Source: Nitrosopumilaceae archaeon (GTDB lineage: Archaea > Thermoproteota > Nitrososphaeria > Nitrososphaerales > Nitrosopumilaceae). Taken from it: a stretch of DNA of 64,000 nucleotides. The notes beneath the pieces are model-generated. The model saw only the letters and a program-made list of their open reading frames with translations, had not been told where the DNA came from and did no database searches. Location: the NCBI GenBank assembly GCA_052389415.1, contig JBQTHX010000014.1, positions 31,862-95,861 on the forward strand, written 5' to 3'. Below, in pieces: positions 30,399-40,819 of this stretch. A program made the position numbers and the translations under genes. Numbering within the stretch: position 1 is the stretch's first letter; each line of letters starts with the position of its first letter.

Positions 30399-31542
30399 AC
30401 GGTTTATCCCAATTCATGATAATTTTTGATATCTCTGGACGGATCATATATTCAGATGGAGTTTGTCCTTCAAGTATCATAGTTCGTAATTTAGTACCAC
30501 TTAGTTGTTCTTGAAATTCAGCTCCGTGCGGACAGTTTTTTTCACTTGCAAAAGAGAGACATTTTTTGCAATAAAAAAATGCAGGATAAAAGATTGGCTC
30601 AATTTCAAGATCAGGATAATCACTAAATATTTTTTGTGCAGCAAAGGGATCGTAGAAGGTTCCAACTCCAGCATGATCACGACCAATAATAATATGGGTA
30701 CAACCAAAGTTTTTTCTCATTATTGCATGATGAATTGCTTCTTTTGGTCCTGCATATCTCATCTCTGTATGAAGGGTTGTTAGATAACACCTATTTTCTG
30801 GATAATAATGTTTGATCAATGATTCGTATGAGCTTACTATAACTTCGTCTGTAAAATCGCCAGATTTTTTCTTTCCTATAAGTGGATTAATAAAAAGACC
30901 ATCATGTGTGTTAAGAGATGCTTTTTGAAGCATCTCATGTGCTACATGTGGTACGTTTCTCGTTTGAAATGCTACAATAGTCTTCCATCCAGCATTTTTA
31001 AAAAATGCTCTTGTATCCATTGGGGTTTTTCGATATTTCCGTATAGGAATTTCTTTAGGTCTTTTTATATAATCAATCTTTCCTGATACTAAGACATCTC
31101 GCATAGACATGGTTTTTGTTACACCTGGATGTTTGGGATCAGTTGTTCCATAGACACCTGTTGAGGTAACAGTTTTATCAAAAGTATAAGCCTCTTCTAC
31201 CTGTAAAATAGCAATAGCATCACCATCAGGGTTCTTCAGTAGCACGTCTCCCGCCTCTTTCATTTTTGTAGCAGTTTGCTTATCAACATCTAAGACTATT
31301 GGTACTGTCCAAGGAACGCCATTTGATAATCTACCTTTACTAACTACACTTTCAAAGTCTCCTTGTGACAGAAATCCTTCGATTGGACTAAAAATGCCAT
31401 CTGCAATGTTTTCAACGTCATTTGCAAGATCTGAATCAATTGAAATAGCAAACATTCCAGAGGGATTTTTTGTTGTAATCCTGTTTACTAATTTACCACC
31501 GTGTGGGATAGCAACACCGTTGTTTTTTTCCAAAAAATTCAC
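30388..31542 (-). CDS. sat: sulfate adenylyltransferase
   Basis: [31 protein letters not shown]. Confidence 0.96.
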   Translation of the reverse strand: MNFLEKNNGVAIPHGGKLVNRITTKNPSGMFAISIDSDLANDVENIADGIFSPIEGFLSQGDFESVVSKGRLSNGVPWTVPIVLDVDKQTATKMKEAGDVLLKNPDGDAIAILQVEEAYTFDKTVTSTGVYGTTDPKHPGVTKTMSMRDVLVSGKIDYIKRPKEIPIRKYRKTPMDTRAFFKNAGWKTIVAFQTRNVPHVAHEMLQKASLNTHDGLFINPLIGKKKSGDFTDEVIVSSYESLIKHYYPENRCYLTTLHTEMRYAGPKEAIHHAIMRKNFGCTHIIIGRDHAGVGTFYDPFAAQKIFSDYPDLEIEPIFYPAFFYCKKCLSFASEKNCPHGAEFQEQLSGTKLRTMILEGQTPSEYMIRPEISKIIMNWDKPFVD

Positions 31543-32261
31543 TTGTTACCGTGATCTGCATGTAATCCGCATTCTTTTTCTGGATCGGTTTCCCACCACC
31601 AACGACCTGCTCGTAAATCTTCACCTGGTTTGATTGCGCGAGTGCAAGGTTCACAACCAATACTTGGATAACCTTTGTCATGCAATTTGTTGTAAGGAAT
31701 CTTATTTGCTTTGATATAATCCCATACTTGTTCCCATTTCCAGTCAATAATTGGGTTTACTTTGATCATGTTGTTATGTTGTTCATCTATCTCAATTTTT
31801 TTGGCGTCTGATCTATTCTGTGTTTGATCACTCCTTAATCCGGTTATCCATCCATCAATGGTTGAAAGCATCTTATTAAGTGGATGAACCTTTCGTATTC
31901 CACAGCAAAGCTTTCTGTTACCGATGCTTTGATAGAATAAATTCATTCCATTTACTTTTACCATTTGCTCAACTTCATTTTGTTCTGGAAACATGACTTC
32001 AATGTGCATATTGTATTTGTTTCGTATTTCATCCATCACATCATATGTCTCCTGATTGAGTCTACCTGTATCAAGTGTAAATACTCTGGATTTTGGATTT
32101 ATCTTCATCAACATATCTATAATCACCACATCCTCTGCACCAAAACTTGATGCAAATGCAACTTTTGGATGAAGATTATCAATTGTCCATTTGAGAATAT
32201 CTTGCGGTGTTTTTAATTTGTCATTTAAATCTAAGATTTGTTGCGAAGTAAATTTATTCAT
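31539..32261 (-). CDS. cysH: APS/PAPS reductase, 4Fe-4S type
   Basis: [39 protein letters not shown]. Confidence 0.95.
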   Translation of the reverse strand: MNKFTSQQILDLNDKLKTPQDILKWTIDNLHPKVAFASSFGAEDVVIIDMLMKINPKSRVFTLDTGRLNQETYDVMDEIRNKYNMHIEVMFPEQNEVEQMVKVNGMNLFYQSIGNRKLCCGIRKVHPLNKMLSTIDGWITGLRSDQTQNRSDAKKIEIDEQHNNMIKVNPIIDWKWEQVWDYIKANKIPYNKLHDKGYPSIGCEPCTRAIKPGEDLRAGRWWWETDPEKECGLHADHGNK

Positions 32262-32293
32262 AAAAAATTATTCTGCCTATGGCCATATAATTA

Positions 32294-33508
32294 TTGCTAG
32301 GTTTGATTATGCATCGTCCTAGAGTTATAAATAACGATGGATTAAGAAACAAAATGAACGAAAAGACAGTTGTTGTTGTTTTCCCATCTTTATTTTCCTT
32401 GAATAAAATAGATTATCTGATATCAAGTATACATGAAGTACTTAAAACAAAAAAACTGACTTTTAGTAAGATTCGAAAAAATGATTCTGTAATAATAGTA
32501 GAAGCTGAGGATCCAGTATTTGCCTCATCTGCTATAAGTTACCTTTTTGGGATAGAAAAGATAGCCATTGCCAAAGAAATAGAAAATAAATTCAATGTTT
32601 TAGTCTCTACAATAGCCACAGTTGGTGCCAATCTGCTTCTTAAAGATGAAAGGTTCTATGTTAGGGTTGATGGCATAAAAACAGAATTTCTGCCAAAGGA
32701 CGTAGAACTTGCAGCTACCTCCGCTTTGATAGAAAAAACGCTTGATCTTCAAACAAAACCTGGTACAGAGTTCATCCATGATAAAATCATTTACACATAT
32801 CTTACGAAATCACATGCATATGTCTGCATTTTTATTGACAAAGGACTTGGAGGCACTCCATACAAATCTCAAAACAAGAAGGTTTTTTGCAGCATATATG
32901 ATGAGCTTTCAGCTATATCATGTATTCAAACTCTTAAGATGGGTTTTGATGTAAAAATTTTAGTTTGTTATAATAATGAATCTGAGCTCCTCAATTTAGT
33001 TAAAATGTTAAATCAAATTCTATACAGATTTATTCAAACCAAATTTGAATTGTATTTTTGTAAGATTGATATGAAATCTGGAGGAAGAACAATTCTACTT
33101 AAGATTGCAATAATAACAGATATTCTAGCAACTCTTGCTAAAAGAAATAAAATTGATGGAATCTCAATTGCGATTTCGTCATCAATATTTTCTTCATGGT
33201 TTATAGAATATAACATGAAACATGTAATACAAAAAAATGTCTTTCCATTGTTTCCACTATTAGGTGCAGATAACAATATTTTTGAAATTGCAAAAGAATA
33301 CGGTTTAGAAAAATACGCCTCTAAAATTGAAAATCTATGTAAGATGAAATTCAAAAAAGATTTGTCTAAGAACAAGATTAGTAAGGTTTCACAGATCTCA
33401 CGTCGTAATATAAGAACAATAACTATTGAATTAGGATCAAATAATGTACATAACATTATTGACTCGTTGAAATCTAAACATCGTGGATTTAAGCAGGAAA
33501 CAAGCTAA
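32294..33508 (+). CDS. THUMP-domain ThiI-like protein with degenerate PP-loop
   Basis: FGIEK, THUMP-like middle, GLGG.P; no SGGxDS at the expected site; likely start MNEKT. Confidence 0.65.
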   Translation: MLGLIMHRPRVINNDGLRNKMNEKTVVVVFPSLFSLNKIDYLISSIHEVLKTKKLTFSKIRKNDSVIIVEAEDPVFASSAISYLFGIEKIAIAKEIENKFNVLVSTIATVGANLLLKDERFYVRVDGIKTEFLPKDVELAATSALIEKTLDLQTKPGTEFIHDKIIYTYLTKSHAYVCIFIDKGLGGTPYKSQNKKVFCSIYDELSAISCIQTLKMGFDVKILVCYNNESELLNLVKMLNQILYRFIQTKFELYFCKIDMKSGGRTILLKIAIITDILATLAKRNKIDGISIAISSSIFSSWFIEYNMKHVIQKNVFPLFPLLGADNNIFEIAKEYGLEKYASKIENLCKMKFKKDLSKNKISKVSQISRRNIRTITIELGSNNVHNIIDSLKSKHRGFKQETS

Positions 33509-33517
33509 TCTGAGACT

Positions 33518-34747
33518 ATGATAAAGGTGGGACAGTTTATCTATCCATGGGGAAATGGACACTATAGTAGAATGATGTCGTTGGACAGAGTTCTTCCAGA
33601 TTATATTAATGATGAGTTAGAAATTCATTATTCTAGTAAGGGTGATGTATATCAAAAATTATTACAAAAATTTCCTCATAAGAAGAATCAAATCCATGAG
33701 GTTTTGATGCCTACACCTATAGATGGAAAATGCGGGCCTAGTGTAACACTTTCTATGTTAAATTTTTTATTTCCAGTTTCAGGTAATCCACCTCTCGTAA
33801 CTCAAATTTCTAATTATCTAAAAATGGAAGCAGGTCTTTACAACACAGAAAAGTTTGATTTGGTGATAAACGATGGTGACATGGGTTCAAATGTATTGGC
33901 TCAAAGGAGAGGAATCGACTCAGTTTTTGTAACAAATCAATTTAGACCAAAACTCTGGCGATCGCATTTTTATTTTTATCCATCCTTGATATACATCTCA
34001 AAGCAGATCGCAAAGGCCACGAAGATAGTTGTTGCTGACTCGGCTCCTCCAAACACAATATGTGAATACAATCTAAATTTCCCAGATAAGATAAAACAAA
34101 AAGTTGTTTACGCGGGTCATTTTTCGAATGCGATAACAGTAGATCATACTCAAAAGACAGACTTTGAAAAATTAATTGAGAATGAAAATTTTGGTTATTG
34201 GATGCAAACTGGTAACAAAGCCACCAAAGAATTTACAGGTAGAAAGTATGAAGAAGTATTTCACTCAGAAGCTATGCAGGATCAGAGACGCATTGTTTCA
34301 CATGCACAAAATGACCCTTCTCTAGATAAAGTAAAAGGAAAAGATGGTAAGATCTACTCTATTTCATATGCTCTTGAACACAAAATAGATTGGATCCAGA
34401 TTGATGTTGGATTCCTGTCAGAACAAGAAAAAGATACGGTTTTGGATTTGTGTAAATATGCAGTGATAAACGGTTCCCATACAGCAATGTGTGAAATCAT
34501 TGGAACTAAAGCAAAACCAATCATAGGAATCCCTGTTTATGATGAACATGCAAACCAGATAAAATGGGCTGAAGAGAGAAAATTAGGAATTCTTGCAAAT
34601 AACACAAAGCAAGTGATCCAAGCTGTTCACAGCGTTCAAGATAATCATAATACATATGAAGAACACCTAGCAGCTTTTGCTAGAAGTTTTAACCGTAATG
34701 GAGCCACAAATACTGCAAAAATAATTGCGGAAATGCTTGAGAGTTAG
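33518..34747 (+). CDS. GT-B fold glycosyltransferase (GT28-like)
   Basis: WGNGHYSR N-terminal motif, NGSHT, IPVYDEH. Confidence 0.75.
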   Translation: MIKVGQFIYPWGNGHYSRMMSLDRVLPDYINDELEIHYSSKGDVYQKLLQKFPHKKNQIHEVLMPTPIDGKCGPSVTLSMLNFLFPVSGNPPLVTQISNYLKMEAGLYNTEKFDLVINDGDMGSNVLAQRRGIDSVFVTNQFRPKLWRSHFYFYPSLIYISKQIAKATKIVVADSAPPNTICEYNLNFPDKIKQKVVYAGHFSNAITVDHTQKTDFEKLIENENFGYWMQTGNKATKEFTGRKYEEVFHSEAMQDQRRIVSHAQNDPSLDKVKGKDGKIYSISYALEHKIDWIQIDVGFLSEQEKDTVLDLCKYAVINGSHTAMCEIIGTKAKPIIGIPVYDEHANQIKWAEERKLGILANNTKQVIQAVHSVQDNHNTYEEHLAAFARSFNRNGATNTAKIIAEMLES

Positions 34748-34780
34748 AAAGAATTATAATTTTTCTATGCGAAGAAGCAA

Positions 34781-34847
34781 TCTGGTACGCGGCATTTTTG
34801 ATGGGCGAACTGACCGTAAGGGATGACGACATAGACCGCGTACCAGA
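34781..34847 (+). ncRNA. candidate small structured RNA with K-turn-like apex
   Basis: Perfect 12-bp closing stem tctggtacgcgg/ccgcgtaccaga; internal CTGA-cc-GTAA-gg-GATGA; TATA ttataat about 25 nt upstream. Confidence 0.55.
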
Positions 34848-34880
34848 ATTACCAAAAGCTTTTATGGATAATTTTGATGA

Positions 34881-35111
34881 GTGGCGTCATTGACCGATTG
34901 CCCTGAATGCGCTGCAAAGCAGGTAGTAACCGAGATGAAATTTGATTTAAACACAAAACATTTTATTTGTAAAAAATGCGGTCTATATGCTACCCGTGAA
35001 CAAATAAGCGATATTAGAGATAGGTTAAATCAACGCGAAAGAACACGTGAGGATAAACATGATGAGTATAGGGACTGGTGGCAATCAAGCAAGAAGGATA
35101 AGCAGAGTTAA
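34881..35111 (+). CDS. small zinc-ribbon protein
   Basis: CPEC...CKKCG followed by a charged helix ending WWQSSKK. Confidence 0.8.
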   Translation: MASLTDCPECAAKQVVTEMKFDLNTKHFICKKCGLYATREQISDIRDRLNQRERTREDKHDEYRDWWQSSKKDKQS

Positions 35112-35128
35112 TTACAAAGTGAAAGTTT

Positions 35129-35515
35129 ATGGCAAAAGAACTTCCAAAATGGGTCCAAGATGAAATAAACAGCGCAAAGACTGAGAAACCGGAATCAGAA
35201 ACAAGAACAGGTTACATTCTTGAGATATATGATAAAGACATGAGGATTGATGTTCAGTTGTATGAAGAAGTTGAGGACGGACGACGTATTATAACTTTAG
35301 ATTTGCCAACAAAAGTAAAACCAACTAATTTAATGAAAGGTGTTGTGTATGAATTCACCTTTAATTCTTCAAAAACACCTCTAAGTAAAAAACTACTCGA
35401 GTTTCTGAAAAATGAAATGAAAATTGATTATGATGCCTACAAGTTTGAGCTGACTAATCTAGAATTGATGGATGTTGATTCTGATACAGCAGGTCAAGAA
35501 GCTGAAGATGAATAA
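35129..35515 (+). CDS. conserved hypothetical protein
   Basis: Intact 128-aa ORF, beta-rich with acidic tail, co-oriented with upstream gene. Confidence 0.7.
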   Translation: MAKELPKWVQDEINSAKTEKPESETRTGYILEIYDKDMRIDVQLYEEVEDGRRIITLDLPTKVKPTNLMKGVVYEFTFNSSKTPLSKKLLEFLKNEMKIDYDAYKFELTNLELMDVDSDTAGQEAEDE

Positions 35516-35550
35516 ATCAAGATAAGGCAATTAATAATCTCCATAAGAAT

Positions 35551-36330
35551 TCATTTTTTCTTAAAAGCTGCTTCTATGATTGGATTTATTAAATATGGGA
35601 CAGTGTGCTTAAGCCATACTGCGCCTCTTGCAAATGGAGGTACGATTATCTCAGATCTTGGTGATGTAGCTGCCCTTACAATTGCTTTGGCTACAGTTTT
35701 TGGTTCAAGTGTAGCAAACCCATATTTACCTAGTGATTTGAATGACGGGTGATCAAAAAAGTTAGTTCTTACCATTATTGGACTGACTACAGTAACGCCA
35801 ACACCACTTCCTTTTAGTTCATGATACAATCCCTCTGAAAATCCAAGCATAGCGAATTTAGATGCACAATAAGGAGCAATTCCTGGAAGACCAAAACTCC
35901 CTGCTAGAGAAGCTACGTTTACTATATGTCCAGTACTTCGTTCCAGCATTTTTGGTAGAAATGCTTTGATACAGTAAACCATTCCGAAATAATTGGTTTC
36001 CATTTGGGATACTATATCTTCTATGTGTAGTTCCGACACAGTTCCAAATATTGCAAAACCTGCATTATTGACTAGAATATCTATTTTGCCAAATTTATCT
36101 AAAACAGTTTTGCTCATCTGATCTACTTCATTTCGGTTAGAAACGTCACATTGGCAGACTAGTATGTTAGAACCGTATCTGACAAGTTTTTCTGATATAG
36201 AATCTAGATTTTCCTTTCTTCTTGCAACCAAGACAATAGAACTTTTTCGTTTAGCAAATTCCATTGCAGTTGCTTCTCCAATGCCACTAGATCCACCAGT
36301 AATTACTGTAACTTTATTATTAAAATCCAT
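35551..36330 (-). CDS. short-chain dehydrogenase/reductase
   Basis: TGGSSGIG, NNAG, YCASK. Confidence 0.92.
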   Translation of the reverse strand: MDFNNKVTVITGGSSGIGEATAMEFAKRKSSIVLVARRKENLDSISEKLVRYGSNILVCQCDVSNRNEVDQMSKTVLDKFGKIDILVNNAGFAIFGTVSELHIEDIVSQMETNYFGMVYCIKAFLPKMLERSTGHIVNVASLAGSFGLPGIAPYCASKFAMLGFSEGLYHELKGSGVGVTVVSPIMVRTNFFDHPSFKSLGKYGFATLEPKTVAKAIVRAATSPRSEIIVPPFARGAVWLKHTVPYLINPIIEAAFKKK

Positions 36331-36364
36331 AAAGAGAAACTGGATAATTGAAAATAAATGCTTT

Positions 36365-37381
36365 CTACGAAATTTCAGGTTTTTTTGTACGTGGATATAC
36401 GATCTTCATCAAAAGAATCCAGCTTATTACAAGACTAACATGATATGTTGCTATTCTCCATGCGATAACAATATTCCATTGTATACTGTCTTTGGTTGGC
36501 TCAAAAGTCAAACTATTAAGATTTCCAAGATAAGCCCATATACCAAATTCTGTAAGACCTGAACCACCTATTGTTACAGGTATATTTCCTAAAGCATTTG
36601 AGGCCATTGCGGCCAAGAGTGAATCTAAAAACCCTATGAAATAGCCAGCTCCATTTGCAATTACCATAAATGAAATTCCATAAAAGACCCAGGTGAATAA
36701 AGAAAAAATCATAGAAACAACAAATGCCTTTTTTGCGAGTTTATTATGGAGGCTTTGCCTGCTCATATCACAAACTTCTTCCATCCATTGATTTGTTTTA
36801 TCAATGTATTTTGAAGCACGTTCTTTGCCGACCTTTTTTACACTTTTTTCTATCCAAGGTGGAACTTGAAAAGTTCTCTTATAAGATAGGAAAAAAAGAC
36901 CTGACCAAATTGCGGTAACTGGTAAACTTATTGCAATAATTACGATTCCAATAATTAATGCACCATTGAAAAACGCAAAGGCAGCTGAAGTCAACGCAAA
37001 GATTCCCGCTACTAGAACTTCGGTAACGATTTCCATTATTGTAACCCAGGTAGCTTTACCTGTTGGAATTCCTTTCTTTTTTAACCAAATTATTCTTACC
37101 AGCTCACCACCAACAAACGAAGGAGTGGTTGAAGTGACAAATTCACTTCCAATTCTTACTGAAACTGTTTTCCATGGGAGCTCAATATTACCTAGAAATT
37201 TCTTTACCAAGTAATTGAATTTTAAACCCTGCATCAGTAATTTTCCAACAATTGCTAAAGCTGCTCCTACAAAGGGAATGAAACCAACAGCAAAAAGCTC
37301 TTCAAGTTTTATGTCAAATGTTAATGCAATTAAAATAAATGGTATAATGCTAACTGGAATTGCCAAAAGTTTCCAATTCAT
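36365..37381 (-). CDS. flippase-like (lysylphosphatidylglycerol synthase TM) membrane protein
   Basis: TPSFVGGE, P.TIGGSGLTE, WR..TY. Confidence 0.85.
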   Translation of the reverse strand: MNWKLLAIPVSIIPFILIALTFDIKLEELFAVGFIPFVGAALAIVGKLLMQGLKFNYLVKKFLGNIELPWKTVSVRIGSEFVTSTTPSFVGGELVRIIWLKKKGIPTGKATWVTIMEIVTEVLVAGIFALTSAAFAFFNGALIIGIVIIAISLPVTAIWSGLFFLSYKRTFQVPPWIEKSVKKVGKERASKYIDKTNQWMEEVCDMSRQSLHNKLAKKAFVVSMIFSLFTWVFYGISFMVIANGAGYFIGFLDSLLAAMASNALGNIPVTIGGSGLTEFGIWAYLGNLNSLTFEPTKDSIQWNIVIAWRIATYHVSLVISWILLMKIVYPRTKKPEIS

Positions 37382-37437
37382 TGGTTGTTTTAATTAAGGA
37401 TGGAAATATAAGCTCAACATGAAATATAATCAGCAAA

Positions 37438-38196
37438 TTGAAAACTATTTTTATTTTAGGTACGGCAGGATCTGGAAAATCATTACTTGCTTCCAAACTT
37501 TATGATTATTATACCAAAAATGGTGCTTTTGTAGGGGTTCTAAATTTGGATCCAGGAGTTGAAAATCTTCCGTATACATGTGATGTAGACATTAGAGATT
37601 ATGTAGATATCATATCAATAATGAGACAGTACGATTTGGGTCCAAATGGTGCATTAATTATGGCAAATGATCTTATTGCATCAAAAATAGATCAGATTCA
37701 ACTTGATGTTAATAATGTAAACCCAGATTATCTTATTGTTGATACTCCGGGTCAAATAGAGCTTTTTGCATACAGAACAAGTGGTCCATTTTTTGTGCAA
37801 AATTTTGATTCTGAACATAAAGTTGCGTTATTTTTGCATGATGGAGTATTGTTAACCACGCCAAATAATTTTGTCTCAGTTGCACTTCTTGCTACATCGA
37901 TAAAACTAAGACTCAATTTGTCATATCTTAATGTATTAACAAAAACTGATCTAATTGAGGATAAAATTAAAACCATATTAAAATGGTCAACTGATGTAAA
38001 AAATCTCGAAGATGCTATCGCAAAACAGTCTGATGGCGAAAACTATACACTGGTAACTAACATTTTACGAAGTTTGAATATCGGTGGCTTTTCTCAGGGA
38101 CTTCTTCCAATTTCTAATGCGACTGGAGAGGGAATGGTGAATTTGGAAGCAGCATTAAGCAGAATTCTTAATTTGGGAGAGGAGATAGAAGATTAA
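37438..38196 (+). CDS. GPN-loop GTPase
   Basis: GTAGSGKS, NLDPG, LGPNGA, DTPGQIE. Confidence 0.95.
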   Translation: MKTIFILGTAGSGKSLLASKLYDYYTKNGAFVGVLNLDPGVENLPYTCDVDIRDYVDIISIMRQYDLGPNGALIMANDLIASKIDQIQLDVNNVNPDYLIVDTPGQIELFAYRTSGPFFVQNFDSEHKVALFLHDGVLLTTPNNFVSVALLATSIKLRLNLSYLNVLTKTDLIEDKIKTILKWSTDVKNLEDAIAKQSDGENYTLVTNILRSLNIGGFSQGLLPISNATGEGMVNLEAALSRILNLGEEIED

Positions 38197-39114
38197 TTGG
38201 TTACTGGTGTTGATGTAAAGGCTCCTTCTTCTACAGCAAACTTAGGTCCTGGTTTTGATGTCTTTGGTCTAGCCTTGGATGCGTTTTACGATCATGTACA
38301 CCTTGAAAAGAGTGGTCACGGAATTAAGATTCAGAGTTCTGATACAATTCCTCTCATTGTTGAAAAAAATTCCGCCGGCTTGGTAGTAAAAGAAATGACA
38401 AAATCATTTAAGATAAAATCAGGTGTCGTTTTAAAAATCAAAAAAGGAGTTCCTGCAGGTTTTGGTATGGGAAGTAGTGCTGCTTCTGCAGCTGCTGCAG
38501 CCGTAGCATTTGATGCATTGTTTAATCTCGATCTTGATTCAAATACTCTTGTAAAATTTGCAGGCATGGGCGAAAAAGCTAGTGCTGGTTCTATTCATTA
38601 TGATAATGTTGCAGCCTCTACACTTGGCGGTTTTGTTATTGTCAAACAGGAGCCTTTTGATGTCATAAAAATTGAACCACCTAAGGATCTAGTACTTTGT
38701 GTAGCAATTCCAAAACTTGATGTACCTATGAAAAAAACTCAGGTTTCCAGAAGTGTATTGCCACATCAGGTCAGACTTTCAGATTCTGTCCGTAATCTTT
38801 CTAATGCAGCTGCAATAGTTGCCGGATTTATGAAAAAGGATGTTGATTTGATTGGGAATTCTATTAAAGATGTCATAGTGGAACCTGCAAGACAGCATCT
38901 CATACCTGGATTTAATCAAGTAAAGGAAAATGCTCTTCAAGCTGGAGCATTAGGTGTTACGATAAGTGGTGCAGGACCTTCTATCATAGCTTTTACTTCA
39001 AGATCGTCCAATCCTAAAAAAATCTGTAGTGCTATGGAAAAAGGATTCATGTCGACAAAAACAAAATGTAGTACAATTATTTGTAGACCAAGCAAGGGAG
39101 CTGCTGTGGTATAA
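38197..39114 (+). CDS. thrB: homoserine kinase
   Basis: STANLGPGFD, GMGSSAAS, HYDNV, ISGAGPS. Confidence 0.96.
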   Translation: MVTGVDVKAPSSTANLGPGFDVFGLALDAFYDHVHLEKSGHGIKIQSSDTIPLIVEKNSAGLVVKEMTKSFKIKSGVVLKIKKGVPAGFGMGSSAASAAAAAVAFDALFNLDLDSNTLVKFAGMGEKASAGSIHYDNVAASTLGGFVIVKQEPFDVIKIEPPKDLVLCVAIPKLDVPMKKTQVSRSVLPHQVRLSDSVRNLSNAAAIVAGFMKKDVDLIGNSIKDVIVEPARQHLIPGFNQVKENALQAGALGVTISGAGPSIIAFTSRSSNPKKICSAMEKGFMSTKTKCSTIICRPSKGAAVV

Positions 39115-39116
39115 TT

Positions 39117-39872
39117 TTATTTTCTTTCAATAAATGCTTTCATTCTTTCTTCTCTATCTTTTGTTGAAAAGCATAAGGACCAAGAATAAATTTCAAGTTT
39201 TAAACCAGTATCAAGATTTGCGTCATTACCTCGATTGACAAGCATTTTTGCTTTACCAATAGCAAAATTACTGTTTTTTGAAATATTTTTTGCATACAAT
39301 TCAACTTCTGTGAGTAATTTTTCGGCGGGAACTATTTTATTTATCAGCCCCATAGAAAGTGCTTCTTCAGCTGAGATTTTTCTTCCCGTAAAGATCAGAT
39401 CTTTTGCTCTAGCGGGGCCTATAATTCGTAAGAGTCTTTGTGTACCACCCCATCCAGGGCATATTCCAATTGCAACCTCTGGTTGACCAAGTTGTGCATT
39501 TGACGAAGCAAATCTAAGATCACATGCAAGAGCAAGTTCACATCCACCTCCAAGGGCATAGCCATTTATTGCCGCTATCACAGGTTTTTCAATACTCTCT
39601 ATTTTGTTTAAAACCTCATGTCCACGCAAGGCGTATTTTTCTGCCTCTACTGATCCAATTTTACTCATGTATTCTATATCGGCACCTGCACAAAATGCCT
39701 TGTGACCAGCACCAGTAATTACGATCACTTTGGAGGAGTCATTTTCGATCCTTTCAAGGACAGTAAATAATTCGTCCATTAATGCAAAATTCATAGCATT
39801 AAGTTTGTCAGGTCTGTTAATTGTGATTAGAGTAAGTTCCTCGTCCTCATCGACTTGAAGATATTGCAACAT
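39117..39872 (-). CDS. enoyl-CoA hydratase (crotonase), 3-hydroxypropionyl-CoA dehydratase-like
   Basis: INRPDKLNA, AFCAGADI, ALGGGCELA, GQPEV, PGWGGTQRL. Confidence 0.9.
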   Translation of the reverse strand: MLQYLQVDEDEELTLITINRPDKLNAMNFALMDELFTVLERIENDSSKVIVITGAGHKAFCAGADIEYMSKIGSVEAEKYALRGHEVLNKIESIEKPVIAAINGYALGGGCELALACDLRFASSNAQLGQPEVAIGICPGWGGTQRLLRIIGPARAKDLIFTGRKISAEEALSMGLINKIVPAEKLLTEVELYAKNISKNSNFAIGKAKMLVNRGNDANLDTGLKLEIYSWSLCFSTKDREERMKAFIERK

Positions 39873-39961
39873 TGAAAGAGACTATTTCTAGAAATTAAAC
39901 TTTACAGAGTTTTGACCATGAACGAAACTGAGTTATATTACACAATTTACAAAGGAGCTGT

Positions 39962-40786
39962 TTGACTGATCTAGGCTTGGTTTTTGCTGTATTTGCAGCA
40001 ATAAGTTGGGGGACTTTTTTTGTTCCAGTAAGAAAAGTTGGTATAAAAAATATTTACCAGTTACAAGGTGCTACTTCAATAGGCGTATTACTTTTTTCTA
40101 TTCCAGTAGGAAGTTTTTGGGGTTTTGAGATTCAGCTTGGTGGTCTTGCATCAGGTGTCATATGGACTATAGCAAACTTACTTGCTCTTTTCTCTGTAAA
40201 ATTAATTGGTCTAGCAAGAACATCTCCACTTCTTGCAGGTGCTGGCATTATTTCCTCATTTGTGTGGGGAACTGTCTTTTTTAGTGAAACTTTTGATTCC
40301 TTAATTCTTGCACTAACTGCGATAGGGTTACTATTGATTGGATTACAACTTGTAGTAAATGGAGAGAAAGGTTCTATACAAAAAAGAGGTTATTTTGTAG
40401 CTCTTGCTGCTGGTTTGATTGGTGGTACTTACATTATTCCTATGCAAGCAACACAAACCCTTCAATCTGGTTTTTTTTCGTCCAGTCTCTCTATTTTTGT
40501 AATTGGTATATTGTTATTCTTGTTTGCGCGAAGATTCATTAAAAAAGAAACAGTTGCAGGAATAATTTCTGGAAGTCTTTTCAATCTTGGAAATCTTGCA
40601 GTATTAATTTCAGTAGGTCTAATAGGTATAACAATAGCATTTCCAATTTCCCAAACTGCTACTCTTTTTGCTGTGTCATGGGGAATGTTTTACTTTAAAG
40701 AAGTTATTTGCAAACGGGCAATTATGCGTGTTTCTCTAGGTGCTTTAGTAATATTATCTGGTTCTGCTCTTCTTGCTATTGCTTAA
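39962..40786 (+). CDS. DMT superfamily transporter (GRP/GlcU-like)
   Basis: About 10 TM helices in two repeats, WG..F.E motifs. Confidence 0.75.
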   Translation: MTDLGLVFAVFAAISWGTFFVPVRKVGIKNIYQLQGATSIGVLLFSIPVGSFWGFEIQLGGLASGVIWTIANLLALFSVKLIGLARTSPLLAGAGIISSFVWGTVFFSETFDSLILALTAIGLLLIGLQLVVNGEKGSIQKRGYFVALAAGLIGGTYIIPMQATQTLQSGFFSSSLSIFVIGILLFLFARRFIKKETVAGIISGSLFNLGNLAVLISVGLIGITIAFPISQTATLFAVSWGMFYFKEVICKRAIMRVSLGALVILSGSALLAIA

Positions 40787-40819
40787 GCAATTTATTTGGC
40801 TTGAAAGAAAACAGTTGAA

